Of a stretch of 51,837 bases of DNA, positions 13,213 through 25,999 are shown in pieces; positions within the stretch are counted from its first letter, which is position 1; each line of letters begins with the position of its first letter. The DNA comes from Vitrella brassicaformis CCMP3155. Lineage: Eukaryota > Protista > Chromerida. The notes beneath the pieces are model-generated. The model saw nothing but the letters and a program-made list of their open reading frames with translations, did not search any database and was not told the DNA's origin. The position numbers and the translations under genes were made by a program. The stretch covers positions 1-51,837 of the forward strand of contig CDMY01000559.1 in the NCBI GenBank assembly GCA_001179505.1, in the 5' to 3' direction.

Positions 13213-15242
13213 TTGCTTGACAGCAAGGGGGCGGGCAACTATCGCTGGGGCCGACAGCTGCCTGGCGATGGTCCGCCACATCACAGGTATGGCCTGCGCT
13301 GCAGCGAGTCAGAATTTGCTGTTGTTCTGGTGTCTGCAGTGGCGCGAGACGTGTTTGTGAGGGCAAGACGACTGCAGTGTCCAAGGCAGAGGTGCAAATG
13401 CCTTCGAGTTTTTGTCGCCGACAACAGGACCGACAGTGCATGGACAGGAGGGAGGGTCAGGAGGATAGACGCTGTCACCAGCGCGCACCGGTGAGCCCCT
13501 GGAGAGCGATTCATCGGCGACCGTGACCTTTGACAGGGCGACCCTGTGTATCATGCGTTTGCGGACGGCGGTTCTGCCGCTTTCGCTCCTACACATAGGG
13601 GACAGCTGTACACGGGAGGAGGCAGGATTGTAGGTCCCGACTACGAGGTGCGATGTACCTACTCCCCGGAACACGGCTTCAGTAAGCAACTCCTGAAAAC
13701 ACTTGGCTCTTCCGAACTCGGATCTCATTGGATGACAGGGAAGAATTGGCATGAATTCCATCCAACTAAAGAAGGAACGGCGCTGATGCTCGTTTAAGAC
13801 AATAAGATAACTTTGCCGGAAATTAGAATTCCTCGTTCAGATGGGATTTCCAGGCTGTCGGCACTGCTTCAAAACGGCCTCAGGATGCGCCCGCTGGCCA
13901 TCTACCTGCTCAAGAGTAAGAAGCCAAGAAGCTGCGCCTCGGTGCTGACGCGAGAGGTGCCATTGGCACAATCATACAAGAGGTGACGCCAGAAGGTGCG
14001 CGCACAAACATATTCAGTAAATGTGGTTTCAAAAACGTTCCTTCGCTTTTGTCCTGCTCCTTAGGTGACGTATTGATGGAGTGGCGATCATGGGACCATC
14101 TGCCGCTAAGCATTTGGGAGACCAACATTCTTATTGTTAACGGGATGTGGGACCTTTTCCACTCAAATTGTGAGCGACTCGAAATCTTCTGCATTCACGT
14201 CGTTTCGAATTCTGGAATACTTTGCATTCGATAGCACTTGGGGAGGCTGAGAATGGCAGCATTCTCCTTTCGTAACCGGCAGTTTGTCTTGCTTGGTCCC
14301 AATCGGTATAGCACAGATGTGTGTGGGTGTGTGTTTCTTTACCAGGATGAGGAGAATGAATCAAGTCGCAAAAATCCATAGGTGTGAAAAGCTGGGCCGT
14401 CCGGATAATCGCTTGTGTCCCTGTGTGCACTACAGGGATATCGACGAGGTCCTGTGGCGTCTCGGAGGGAAGGATGGCGACTTCAAGTAATGGCAAGTGA
14501 TTGGAGCACAGTGCCGATATCCGAGTCCGAATTTCGTTTCAGGATCTTCAACGACAAAAGAGGCCAGTTCGTGGGGCAACATGACGTGAGAGAGATCGAG
14601 GAATCTCAGATTACTATGTTCGATAACTCAGTGAGGAATGATAAGAGCTCCGGAAGTGCTCGAGGTCTCCAATACCAATTGTCGTTCGATTCCGACGGTC
14701 GTCCAACCAAGGCACGGTTGGTGAATGCATATGATACCGGCATCCGTTCTTTCGCGATGGGCAGCTACAGGCGAATGCCGAATGGCAACGGTGTGTATTG
14801 TCTGGGTCTGAGAAAAAACAAGAACGGAGCAGTAGGGATTCCGTTCTACATGGAGGTAACAAGCGATGGGGAAGAGTTAATCCGGATGGAGTGGTCAACT
14901 CCTCACACATTTACGTACCGCACCGTCAAGGCTCCCTGGACCGGGACCCCCATGTGGTCACCCACAGCCCTCCTGGATGATAACAGTCCAGCTAAGGCCC
15001 TTCGGCTTCACTTCAGCTGGAATGGCGACACTCAAACCCACATTTGGCGGATCGTTACAGGCAAAAGTTTCGGAGAAAAATTGACCGAGGCATTCGCCGA
15101 CGTGAAGAAACAGCAGTTCGAACACTGGGTTGATGTGCCGGGTGGAGGTAAGAGGTGTCAGTACTTCCAAGCTGTGGCTCTCAATGAAAAGGGGAAGGAA
15201 ATTAGCCGATCAGAAGAAGTCAAGACAAAGCCGTGCAGGTGA
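13213..15242 (+). CDS. Spliced arylsulfotransferase (ASST) family protein (5' end uncertain)
   Basis: GGGRIVGPDYE, NWHEFHPTKEGTALM, WDLFHSN, ILLS|MRRMNQVAKI, VLWRLGGKDGDFK, FVGQHDVR, ITMFDN, ARGL, MGSYRRMPNGN, YRTVKAPWTGTP, HFSWNGDT follow the order of ASST beta-propeller motifs; stop at 15242. Confidence 0.82.
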
Positions 15243-15529
15243 GGGGCAAATGTGGCTCTCGAACGCGTTCGCACCATGCGACACGCCAAAGGTAAACGCG
15301 TAAAATGCCGGAAAACAGAAGCTTCTCAAGTCGCTCCATCACTCCTAGTGCGCCGACGCGTTGGGTAAGTGGAGAGGTGAGATCAATCTCCTGCTGCCTC
15401 GCCACCCACTGCACAAAACATGAGAGGGAGAGACGCCCGCATGCCGCCCCGAGATTATGCTTCCCAGACTCTTTTTTCAAATAAACACATAGAACGGGCG
15501 ACGAAGTTCGTCTAAGCATCAGTTCGTAT

Positions 15530-16350
15530 CAAGCAAGCAAGAGGGAACACAACCATGCAAAGCCAATGAACAACGCTCATTGACTGCAAACAAATGCATG
15601 TTGCACTGCACAGACACGAACAAGCGTGAGACATGCACCACGATAAACACACAAAACACAAAACACAACATCCAGATCCAGCCAGCCGCCTCACAGCCCC
15701 GGAGCGGGGCTGGTGTGTGGCCTATACGGCCGCGGCTGACGAAGTCCTCGGGAAACGCACTGGCCCTCCGTGGCCCTCTGGCGGCCGCAGCACCTTGCGC
15801 ACGACTCGCCCACTTGGAATGCGTTGTGCTTCATCAGCTCAACGGACAGGAGTAGACAGGAGCTGACTCCAATGGTTGATGACGCTCTCTCGGAAAGCTC
15901 CGTCCTCTAGGGGGGGATGGAGGTAGAGCGGGGCTTCCGCTTGACGAACGTCTTGAGAAAGTCCACCGTCTTCTCTCCCCACCTGCCGAATGTCTCCGCA
16001 GCGAGAGGCACAAAGCGGAAGCCAGCTGCTTGGGTGGTTGGTCCATACTGATCGATATTGTCTTTCTCCGCAAGTTGCGCCGTCTTGCCACTTGGAAGTT
16101 TTGCGCTACGTCGGTTGAGTGTTCGGTGGGAGGGGTTGGGGGAGTCGTCAGGCTTGCAGGGGTGGGCGATGGCGACATCGAGCAGGTAGTCATGGCCGTC
16201 GATCACACAGTAGATGTGTATGCGCTGGCTGTTGGGGTTGTCGTCGGGCGGGCTGACGCCGAGGCTCTGCACAGGCACCTCCACATTGGAGGGAACATCT
16301 GCCTCAGCCAGGATGGCGAACAAACAAGTTGCGCATATTGTTGTGTCTCA
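15530..16350 (-). mobile_element. 3' fragment of CRE-like family 1 (REL domain, ORF end and 3' UTR)
   Basis: 15907-16345 is near-identical (inverted) to 4690-5050 and continues LAAETFGRWGEKTVDFLK; 15560-15900 matches 26300-26575 in inverted orientation. Confidence 0.82.
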
Positions 16351-16559
16351 TGACCCGCTCATCGAAGCCCAGTGCTCTCTTCGCGGCCCCCAAAAAATCG
16401 CCAAAGCGAAGCAAACACAGCCAAACGAACGAATTCACCCCTCCCCCCAATGTGTGACATTTCGCCTAGATTTTTTAAACAGCAACAAAGCAAGTTGTCC
16501 ATGACGGTTGAGCGTCAACATTTGTATCATGCACATGCTCGCTAATGCATTAAGCATGG

Positions 16560-19261
16560 CTACTCATGCAGGAGCAGACATTCGGCGTCTCGCTTGAATG
16601 CTCGCGAGTGTCGGTTGATGAACGCGATAATCCCTTGCTCCGTTCGATCGCCCTGATACACAATGGGGTTGTCTTTATTGTACGCCGGGTAGAACATAAA
16701 GAAAGGAATGAGCGTGTGGCTTTGAGATTCTTTGTTCTGCTCGCGAATAGCGTCAAAATACCCCATGACAAACTGATCTGACAAGTAAATCTGACACACA
16801 AGAAGGTGAGGTCTTCTGACGTCTCCACTTTCTTCTACCTGATCCTTGAAGTGCTTGGATACATCGCGGTAAATGGGCATAAGCTTGTCGCACTCTTTAC
16901 AATTCGGATGACCTTTTCGGCATTCGAAAGAAGGTGTCCATTCGTGTGCACGGAGATATAGGAAAGCCTACCGATAGATGTGAAGAGTACTAGGACGTCC
17001 TTTTCCTGCGAATAGGCCGTTTTGGTGAAATTAGTGTTCGTCAAAAGCTGGGAAAAGAGTGCACAGATAGGTGCCAGTGTTGACTCCTCTCTGTTTATTC
17101 CTACGGTGGTGAAGTCTTCTCTGCCATTTCCTTTGAGTTGTCCCTTTTGCCACTTATACACCCAATCGACCAGCTCACCGGGAGTCCATGAGAAGGCTAG
17201 CGAGCTGGCGGCGTGACCTTTCGAAGAAGTCTCACCCTGATAAGCTCCACCTGGCGAGCAGCGCTTGCAGAACACGTACTGCAACGAGTCAGGCGAACCA
17301 TATTCGAGCAAACCTGGGGAAAAAAAGGAGCTGTGCTCAGATCGGTCAGCAAGATATCGGCTGATGATACCGATAAATGGCATGTCTTCATCGCTAATGC
17401 CGAAGTCGCGGAAGAGCTGCCTCTGCATGTCCTTGGTATGAGAGTCGGTACTTGTCGAGTCTTCGACCGTTGACATATCATCGAGTCCACAACCCTCTCC
17501 GGCCATCTGTAGTGGACATGTCATAGCAGGACATGAGTGTGAGAGTCGGAGAGTCTGAGACCTATGGACTTACGACGAATGCCAATTCAGGCTGACGTCT
17601 CTTCCTCTGTTTCTTCTGGAGATACATCCGCGCTGCCTCTGTAAACTGTATCCGAGGTACATTGGAAGTGCGATCAAAAGCACAAATGAAGACCTTTCCT
17701 CATTGCGCTCACTTGTTGTACGTGAGGCCCTTGGCTGGACTGAGAACGATCCGCAAATAGAACAACAATGCCCTTAGCGCCTGGACAAATACATGCAGTA
17801 CAGTATGTGGTGTTTGAAGGGACTTATCAACCGCGTTGCTTGGTTTCGTCCTGGAAAAAGTCAACGTAGGGCAAGACCGTAGGGACCGAAGCGGCCCTAA
17901 TCCATCCAGTCAGATGATCCCATCCTGTACAGCAAATGGCCAGCGGAATCTGTGGTCAAATTCTTGTTCTTGACGCCCATTCAGACCGTTTTGACAATAC
18001 TGCTGAACGTCATTGCTATCCGACAGACCGCTATCTTGTGGCTGGGCGACAGAGCATCCTGTTGACACAGATCCAATACCAGTGAAAAGGATTTGGAATG
18101 TATCAGCCATTTACCCACCGTCTGCAGTCACTGGAAAAACTGTGACGGTCTCCTCGTACTGACACCAGCGCGCGTTGCGATACAACTCGACGCGAGGTCG
18201 ACCTTTCTGCTCAGACAGAGTTTGTGAACACCCTTCCTCTTTATAGCTACTGCAGTGAGCATACGGGATCATCGTCGGGACCCACGTAAACGACGAATCT
18301 GCACCAAATATCCGCATGCACAGAACTTCGTCAAATGGGCCGGGCCTATCTGTGGGTTGCTACTAGAGAGCTTACGGAATTGCCTTCAGAAGTCCGTCTC
18401 TGTACATGTGGGCAGCGTTGAGAAAGTGATGCATCTCCGGTACATCAGGTAAGGCGGTGGTAGCCTGCAAGTATCACATACTGTCAGTGAATCCTCGTTC
18501 ACTATCTGGACTGTACTTACCTCATCCCTCGGGATGGAAAATCTGCTGTATAGTACCGAGGTGTCAAATGCATTGGTATTCTCCACTTCCCCATCCCCAT
18601 CGAGATCGAAGAAGCACACCACACTTACATCGTTCGAATCGATGAATTGCTCTAGGATTCGTCTTTCGGAGATGATATCTGCCGGAGGCTTGGTGACGTG
18701 TTGGGTGAGCCATGACAAGATGTCTTCTGCCCGCTTCGTTTGTTGAGCATAGGTGAGGGCATGGCCGTGACGATACAATCGGAGAGTGGGCCAGAACTGC
18801 ATGGTGTCAAGGAATCAGAGAATATGAGGGAGCAAGGCATTCACATAGCAGCACCCTTATGGCGAGTTCGTCCGTGTGGTTTGAGGCATCTGCGTACAAA
18901 GCACCACGAGTTGAAGACTTTGTACCTGCGTTCGATCAGTATGCATCTTACCCATGACTGCGAAGTGTACATCCAGGGGCTCGTCTGTCGCAGAATTGTT
19001 TCCACTTGCCAGCTCCGCGGTCTTTTCGAACAATGGCATGAACTAACGAAAAGCAGGGGTTTGTAACATTGGTTGACCTCCTCACCTTGTTACCTTATTC
19101 GACAGTGGGTGCTCAGGGTTGTGGAGCATGACGAAAGCAAACGAATGAGAAACGATGGCTTCGCTGAAGGCACGGAGATCCACATTTCTAAGTGGGTGTC
19201 CTCCTGGAAGGCCGAAACCGAAAGACAGGAACAGAAAGACCACGAGCGCATGGGAGTTCAT
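16560..19261 (-). CDS. Spliced protein disulfide isomerase-like protein (a-b-b'-a' thioredoxin folds)
   Basis: ATG 19261, MNSHALVVFLFLSFGFG signal peptide; AFVMLHNPEHPLSNK|FMPLFEKTAELA; FWPTLRLYRHG; LEQFIDSNDVSVVCFF; NFTKTAYSQEKDVLVLFTSI|GHPNCKECDKLMPIY; PIVYQGDRTEQGIIAFINRH. Confidence 0.75.
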
Positions 19262-20280
19262 CCTTTTGCGACGGATTTACACGAAGATCGTCGAGACTTA
19301 TGACGGCGAGAGAACGAATTCGGGTTGGGAGCTGGAGGCTATCGTTGCAGGAATCTCTCTCGAGGACTTCCGGACATTCATTCATTTATTCGAGAACACC
19401 CCAGCCCCATCCATAGCCCCAACACGACTAGAAAAGGGGTTTTCATCTCCCCTCACAGACAGAAGTTGTGCCTGTCGGTTTATCTCCTGTCTGTGAGGGA
19501 ATCGGAAGGGTACGGAGAGAAGCTGCTGACCTCTCGAGAGGAGCGGCGCCAACAACACACTGAGTGAATAAATGAATGAATGAATGAATCCAATGAAACA
19601 GACAGGGATGTGCAGACCGCCAACAACGCCAACTGATGGCAACATGCAAACAACAGATAGCTTCAGTCAAACAGGGCAACCATCAAACATCCAGTTGTGT
19701 CTTACCTATTGTCTGTGATTATTGACTCACAGATACTCACGGAGTTGATCTTTTGGAGCCTCTTCCCCCTTGGATGCAGCCCCCTAATATGAAAGAAGTT
19801 AGACCCAATATGAAAGGCGTCATAATGAATGTTAAGGATCTCACCCCTTTTCGAGACAGGTACATGCTACACCGCCACTGTCCCACCGCTAGTAGTGCGA
19901 CACAAGTAAGAGTGAGGAGCGCCTGGCCAGCTCCAGCACAGCTTTACAGTACGCAAGCACCTCTTACAGTTCTGTCCCTATTGGCTCACAACTGATCTGT
20001 ACAAAGCAAAGACCTTTGCATTGGACCCATGCTTTGCTGACCCGCTCAACATAGCCACATCAACGTGCCTTGTTGACCGGCTGCACATATCAACTAACCT
20101 CTCTCAACGTTATCGCTCTTCAGGCACTCACTGATTCCCATCCGCTGATGTGTCCATTTACGACAAACAGGGAGGAACATTCTCTGGCATGGGCAGGACA
20201 AAAGCTCTGTGCTCACATACTATAGATGCATGGATCAATGGCGCATACATGCATGAATGCGGGAAGACCCGCACACCGGA

Positions 20281-20502
20281 GCACACAGATGAGTATATGT
20301 GTGTAAGCCGGAACGCTTTGTGATGGCCATCAGCTCACCTTGCAATACAGAGGGCGGCAATGCGGCCAAACGGAACATCAACACACCTGCCAGGCAATCA
20401 CGGGAGCACAGAGATGGGTGTGTATGTGAGCCGGAATGCTGCATGACGGCCATCAGCTCACCTTGCAATGGAGAGGGCGGCTATGCGGCCAAACCGAACA
20501 TC
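20281..20502. repeat. Two degenerate direct repeats of ~98 bp, ~125 bp period
   Basis: 20281-20379 vs 20406-20502 share AGCCGGAA..GGCCATCAGCTCACCTTGCAAT..GAGGGCGGC.ATGCGGCCAAA..GAACATC. Confidence 0.8.
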
Positions 20503-20510
20503 TTGAACTC

Positions 20511-20650
20511 ACAAGGCTGGCCTTGAGTCTGCAGGGCTGGCCCTGTGGCGGTAGGGCTGGCCTTACATGCACAGGGCTGGCTGTCTCATTGCAAGGCTGG
20601 CCCTACCGCTGCAGTGCGGGCATCCACCCCACAGGGCTGGCCCTGCAGGG
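20511..20650. repeat. 20-bp-period minisatellite, 7 units
   Basis: A(G/A)GGCTGG at 20513, 20533, 20553, 20573, 20593, 20633, with a degenerate unit at 20613. Confidence 0.8.
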
Positions 20651-20757
20651 CCGTCCCAGCTTGGATCAGATTCCGCTGGTATTGCAGACACCGCGAGACC
20701 TCACGCTGCATCTGTCTATTCAAAGTAAAGGGCCCCCTCAAGCGGGTGCCCTTAGAG

Positions 20758-22449
20758 CCGCGAATCGGGTGGGGAAGGCGGCAGGGGTACTTGCAGTGGC
20801 AGTACGATGGTGTGAGTGGCATGAGTGGCTCCAGTGGCCGTCGAGAGGGAACATCGCTTCATCTCATGTGGTCAGGTCCGCAATGCATGAAAAAGGAGCA
20901 GCTCAGTGAATTCTGTGGCGTGTCAAGTGCAGGGAGGAAGTCGCTAGGATTACACTCATGCAGACAGGCAGGCGAGCGAGACACGCGGTCAGTCCGAGAG
21001 TGCATGAAGTATGCGTGTGAAGTATGTTTGTGAAGGATGTATGTGTCATGTGTGTCTTACGAAGCCACAGCATCAGACACAATAAAAACACAAAGACATG
21101 CAGATTGAACCTAATGATATACCCACACTAATGGATTGAAACATATCCATAGACATGCACACAGGCAGGGACACACAGTCATACGTCACACAGTCAATAC
21201 GTCTTAGCTTGCAGCACTTCGACTGCTCCAATGACACGCTGCACCATTAATGGCTACAGACAGCATCACTCATGTCATGTGAGGGCTCACTTCTCCTCCC
21301 ATACCCATCCATACACACATCCATCCATCCATCCAGGCAGGCAGGCAGGCAGTCGTACGCACCCATCGACGGACACGCAACACATCCATCGAAATACACA
21401 TGGGCACGAGCAGAACAAACACTTTGTGCTCACATACAATGGACACAAACGTCGGCTGCGCACACACGCGGAGGCGGTGGTCACTGGGTTGCGGGAACAC
21501 CCACATACGGATCGGTTGTGTGTGCGGCAGACGGTCGATACACATCCATTCACTCCGTGTCAACGTCCTCCTGTCTGTCTGCTCTTCCTTCCTGTTCGTA
21601 CGCACCTTGTCGGAGGGATAGGCGGAACTCGTGACACAGATCCACATAGACAAACACGATGCGAGATGTCCACGTCGCATCAAGATCAGATGTATTTTGT
21701 GATATACTTCCTCTCACCCTACACAAAGCTTGAAAGCCACAGCATCAGACAGCCATGGACGAACACTGTTCCAGAGTTGTGTGTTACTGTCACTGCATGT
21801 GATGTGAGAACCTGTCATGTACAAACCGACACCAACAACGTGTGCTGGAAATTGTGCTGGAGTGATCGTCGCACACGACAAGAATGACGGACAGGGACCT
21901 TGACATATGGAGGTGGACCTCCATCTTCATCTGCACAACACATGCACACACATACGTACCATTCCAGCAACATGCATCAATTGCCTCCTTCCTCATGTGT
22001 TTGTTCGTGTTCTTGCAGGCCCTCCGTCGCCGCCGACCACCCTCATGCCTTCTTCTGACTCTATGCTGATGCGCTGTCGCTTGTGACAAACACTTGACAA
22101 GCTGGGAAGGACTTTGCGCTATGTCCAAGAGCCGGCTCCAGCTGCAGCGGTTTCACGTCATACCCTAGACGTGCGTCGTGCGAGCTGCTGAGCTTCCTCA
22201 TCTGCCGGAGCAGTCGCGAGGCTTTAACGCGTTGGGTGAGTAGTGGGGGTGCCAGCAACAGCACTGGTGTGAGGTGACCTTCTGTTTCGTCAGTTCGACC
22301 GTGATCGACCGTTTTGTCTAACCGCACGCCCTCCGGAAAGACGACTGTTGAGAAACCAATCAGGCTATAGCCGAGGTTATCCATCTGCGGGCCGACACAT
22401 CATTTCCTCAAGAACGACGACCGTGCTGAGGTGTCAGCCCGATTCGCGG
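20758..22449. mobile_element. Non-autonomous element of ~1.7 kb with 12-bp inverted termini
   Basis: CCGCGAATCGGG at 20758-20769 and CCCGATTCGCGG at 22438-22449; internal sequence shared with 9547-12086; no credible ORF and no TSD seen. Confidence 0.55.
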
Positions 22450-22658
22450 ATATGAATTTCGTTTGCTGGAGCGCGAGGTTCTTCCTTTTGCGGAGATCGA
22501 CCTCTCACAGCATTCATTAGTGGGGTTGATCAGGCCGTCAGGCCGCCTAGGGTACTTTCCTGAAGCCGCTGCCGCAGGCTTTAGAGCCACCCTTTGACAT
22601 TCCGTGAACGCTGCTGCTGCTTTTGCTTGACGTTGCTGCCGAGCGCCGTGCGACATTG

Positions 22659-24665
22659 ATGTCGAACGGCGGATCTCCTCTCGAACGTTTGATCCCTCCT
22701 GGATCTCTGCTGGCATGTTTCAATGTTGTGACGGCCAGTGCAATTGGAACCGGCGTCCTCACGCTCCCTTGGGCCATCAAGGAGTCAGGACTCGGCCTTG
22801 GATTGATACTTGTCGTGTGCGCGGCTCTGGTGGCCAACATCTCACTCAACATTCTCATGATGGCAGCCTGCAAAACGAGGAGTCGCTCGTATGCGGATCT
22901 ATTGGCGTGGTGCATTGGCCCCTTGGCAGGCCCGCTAATAGACTTCCTCATCTTTTTCGAGACATTGGTGTCCATATCGTGCTACTTCATCTTCCTGGGG
23001 GACTTCTCGAGCGAGCTCCTCATGCTCTTCGATGTCCCCGCGTAAGGATGATCGGGCGAAGGATGGGGTTCAGTGGCGAGTTCGTGTGATTGTAGGTGGT
23101 TGAAGGAGAAGAGCAACCTCGTCTTACTGTCACTCGTCATCATTGCCCCGTAAGAGTGTCAAAAGGACGTGGACTGACTCAGCGAGCCCACTCTTATTGT
23201 TCTTCCAGTCTGTGCCTGCCCTCTAAGCTTTCGTACCTGCGGTATACGTCTACTGTATCGCTTGTGGGCCTCTTCTGGACCACAGTTGTGGTGGTCACAA
23301 AAACGCCATCACTCTATCGTCAGAGAACCGGACAGGCATCTGGTATAGGCGGAAACGGCGAGGCAGGAGAACATTCGATTCAATGGATGGTCTTGTCACC
23401 TGACTGCCTAAAGACGGCCAGCATTGGGGTTTTTGCCTTCTTCTGGTAAGCCGTGCACAGATGTGGCAAGACAAGACGGCCTTTTCCTGCCGTGTTGGTC
23501 ACTTCAGCCACTTCAACATTGTGCCCGCGGCACGTGAGCTGAAGAATCCAACTACAAGTGAGGCACACTGACTCAAGCGTCACGCAGCTGATTCTTCCTC
23601 TCTTGGCAGATCGCATGCTCGCTTTGACCACCACATCGTCGATCTTCTTGGTGGTTTTCTTCTCATTGTTGGCTTCATGCGGATATCTATCTTGGCTGGA
23701 CGACTTGCAAGAGGACTTCCTTGCGAACTATCCACCGGAAGATCCGCTGGTTATTGTGTCAAGGTCAGAAGATCAGCCCGGTTGCGCAAATGAAGTGCTA
23801 AAAATGGTCTTTCTGGGCAGGGTTTTACTTACTGCGACGATGGTGTGCATGGTGCCGGTAAGAGAAAAAACACCAAGGACAGAACTGTTGTCTTGCTTCC
23901 CTCAGCTGATGGTGCATCCAATGCTTTCCTCGCTTACGGCACTCGCCCAGTGGAATACCACGAGGTGGGCATTCTGGCGACTATGAATTGTTGCAAACTT
24001 CTTGTTGGCAGGTCTGACGACAAGCGGACACACGATCGGCTTCTCCCAGCAGGGACCGGCAGCGACGTTCAAGCGTCATCGTATGGCACAGCTGACGAGA
24101 CTTCTTCGTCCTTTTGCGAGGGTCGTAGAGACGATGATCCCGAGTCAGGGAGGACCCGGCGATATGCTCAGCGTGGGGAGAAAGACGCTCAAGTTCCCCC
24201 CGCAGTTGGGGGATCAGCAGAGCCAGGCAAGGCGAAAAGGAATGGAGTCCTCAAAGTGGGAGGGCTTCCTTTCCGTGTCGGCGTGGTGGCAGTCATTCTT
24301 ACCACAAACGTGTAGGCGCAGAGTGGGCTCACGTTTTAGGAGCCAAGTGTGATTCTTTTCTTAAACAGGTTGGTGGCACTTTATTGGCCTGATGTTGCCA
24401 ATTTGATAGCCCTGATAGGAGGCACGTTCGATACGCTCTTCGTAGTGACCTTCCCTGCAGTGATCTATTATTGTGTCCTTGCTGATTCGCATTCTCGACC
24501 AGTCAGGTGCTTCGTCATCGGTTTCCTGCTCCTCTTCACCTTGGTAAGTCCGCGCAAGGTTTATACTCCCTGTTGTTGATTTCTGCTGTCATATTCCTTC
24601 AGGTGTGTTTCGTGTCTGCCGTTCTCGTGTTATGTGAGACATTTCTGTCATTGAGACAACACTAG
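22659..24665 (+). CDS. Spliced amino acid/auxin permease (AAAP, SLC38/AVT-like) transporter
   Basis: FNVVTASAIGTGVLTLPWAIKESGLGLG, SYADL, KLSYLRYTSTVSLVG, DRM, YLSWLDDLQEDFLANYPPEDPL, VANLIALIGGTFDTLFVVTFP; many hydrophobic helices; TAG at 24663-24665. Start codon could lie further upstream. Confidence 0.87.
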
Positions 24666-24959
24666 AAATACAACGCATGCGGACCAGTAGCCCGCTATTG
24701 ACACATTCATCATCATCCGCCTCAGTGACGAATGTCCCATACATCAGAAGACAGCTAATCAGAAGAAAGCTCAAGGGGCATACACCGCCACTGCCAGATG
24801 TATGAGAGAGTCAGCTGCAATCGTATATATTCTGCGGCGCGTCTGTACTGTTGACCAGCATTAACTTTTTCACGTGTCAAAGGTTGACGCAACATTGATT
24901 CAGGCAAAGCTGCCGTCACGTAGATCACGCTTTTGTCGCAGCACAATATACTCATTCAT

Positions 24960-25900
24960 AGCTTGTGCTATCCATATTCATAGATGTCCGGCTTACCTGC
25001 CGGCATGCACGCGGCGTGTGTGCATTCATCGCTGGCTGGCCATCGCACTTCTGCCTCTCTCGCTGTCCGCGAGCCTTTGACTATAGTTGTATGGCCGCTC
25101 GTGCTGGTCCTGTGTCTGAATTTCTCGTATGCGTGCATTCGTCCACCTTGCTTGGCCATGTACTCAGGATGCTTGCCACATTCACGTTTGGTCGCGCCTA
25201 GTCGCTGCCTCGTCCCTCGGGCCGCCGGCCGACCAGCCCTTTCCTCGGCTTGCGTGCTTGGCCCCCTGCTATCTGTGTGTCTTTCCTCACTCTCTGGTAT
25301 CCTTCATGTCCTATCGATCTGCATCGCCTGCCGCACGCCTGGCTTTCCTCTCTGTTCGTGCCGTCTGCCTGACGGCCTTTTCCCATGTCATTGTATCGCC
25401 GCTCACAATGGCATCTGTGTCTATATAGTGCCTTGGCTATGGTTCGCCTGTGTATCCCCTTTGCGTTCGCCGTGCTGCCGCCTTCACGCATGGCGACACT
25501 TGATGTTCTTTCATCCATGCTCGTGGGCCGCCCCTCACGGGCTTGCGGCTGTCGGTCAAACATCTACATATCCATGTGTGTCGGTGCGGATGCCAGTGTC
25601 TGCCTCGGCCGCTCTGTCTGACTGTATCTGCTTCTCGCTCTGGGCGTCGAGCAGTACGGTTTCCTTCCTCTGCCATGTCGTTGTATGGCCGCTGCTGCTG
25701 GCAGATCATTTGTATGCGCCTCAGTTTTCCGCTGGTCGGTTGGTGTGGATGCATGTGTTTCCATATGCACGACTGTGTGTGTCTGCACATGTATTGCACG
25801 CATTCTTCGCTCGGCCTGTCACGGCCCGTCAAGCAGGTGAGTCGACCCTCCCTTGTGCAGTAAAGCAGTCACCTGTATACGCATGTCTATGTATGAGTGA
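24960..25900. repeat. Degenerate ~300-bp-period repeat region
   Basis: TTGTAT(G/C)GCCGCT recurs at ~25086, 25390 and 25680, with similar pyrimidine-rich flanks. Confidence 0.45.
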
Positions 25901-25999
25901 GTGATCGAGAAGCAGCGAGAGGCATTAGGGAGGAGCACACCACACCTCCCTCGCCCATTATCATCGTGTCTCGGTTGCTTATTGCGTGTCTCATTCAAG

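Noticed and set aside
20511-20650. CRISPR array
   Set aside because: Core ~11 bp and spacers ~9 bp are far too short, there are no cas genes, and the context is eukaryotic.
24984-25904. 306-aa ORF as a gene
   Set aside because: Cys/Leu/Ala-rich translation of degenerate repeats, with no domain or splice pattern.
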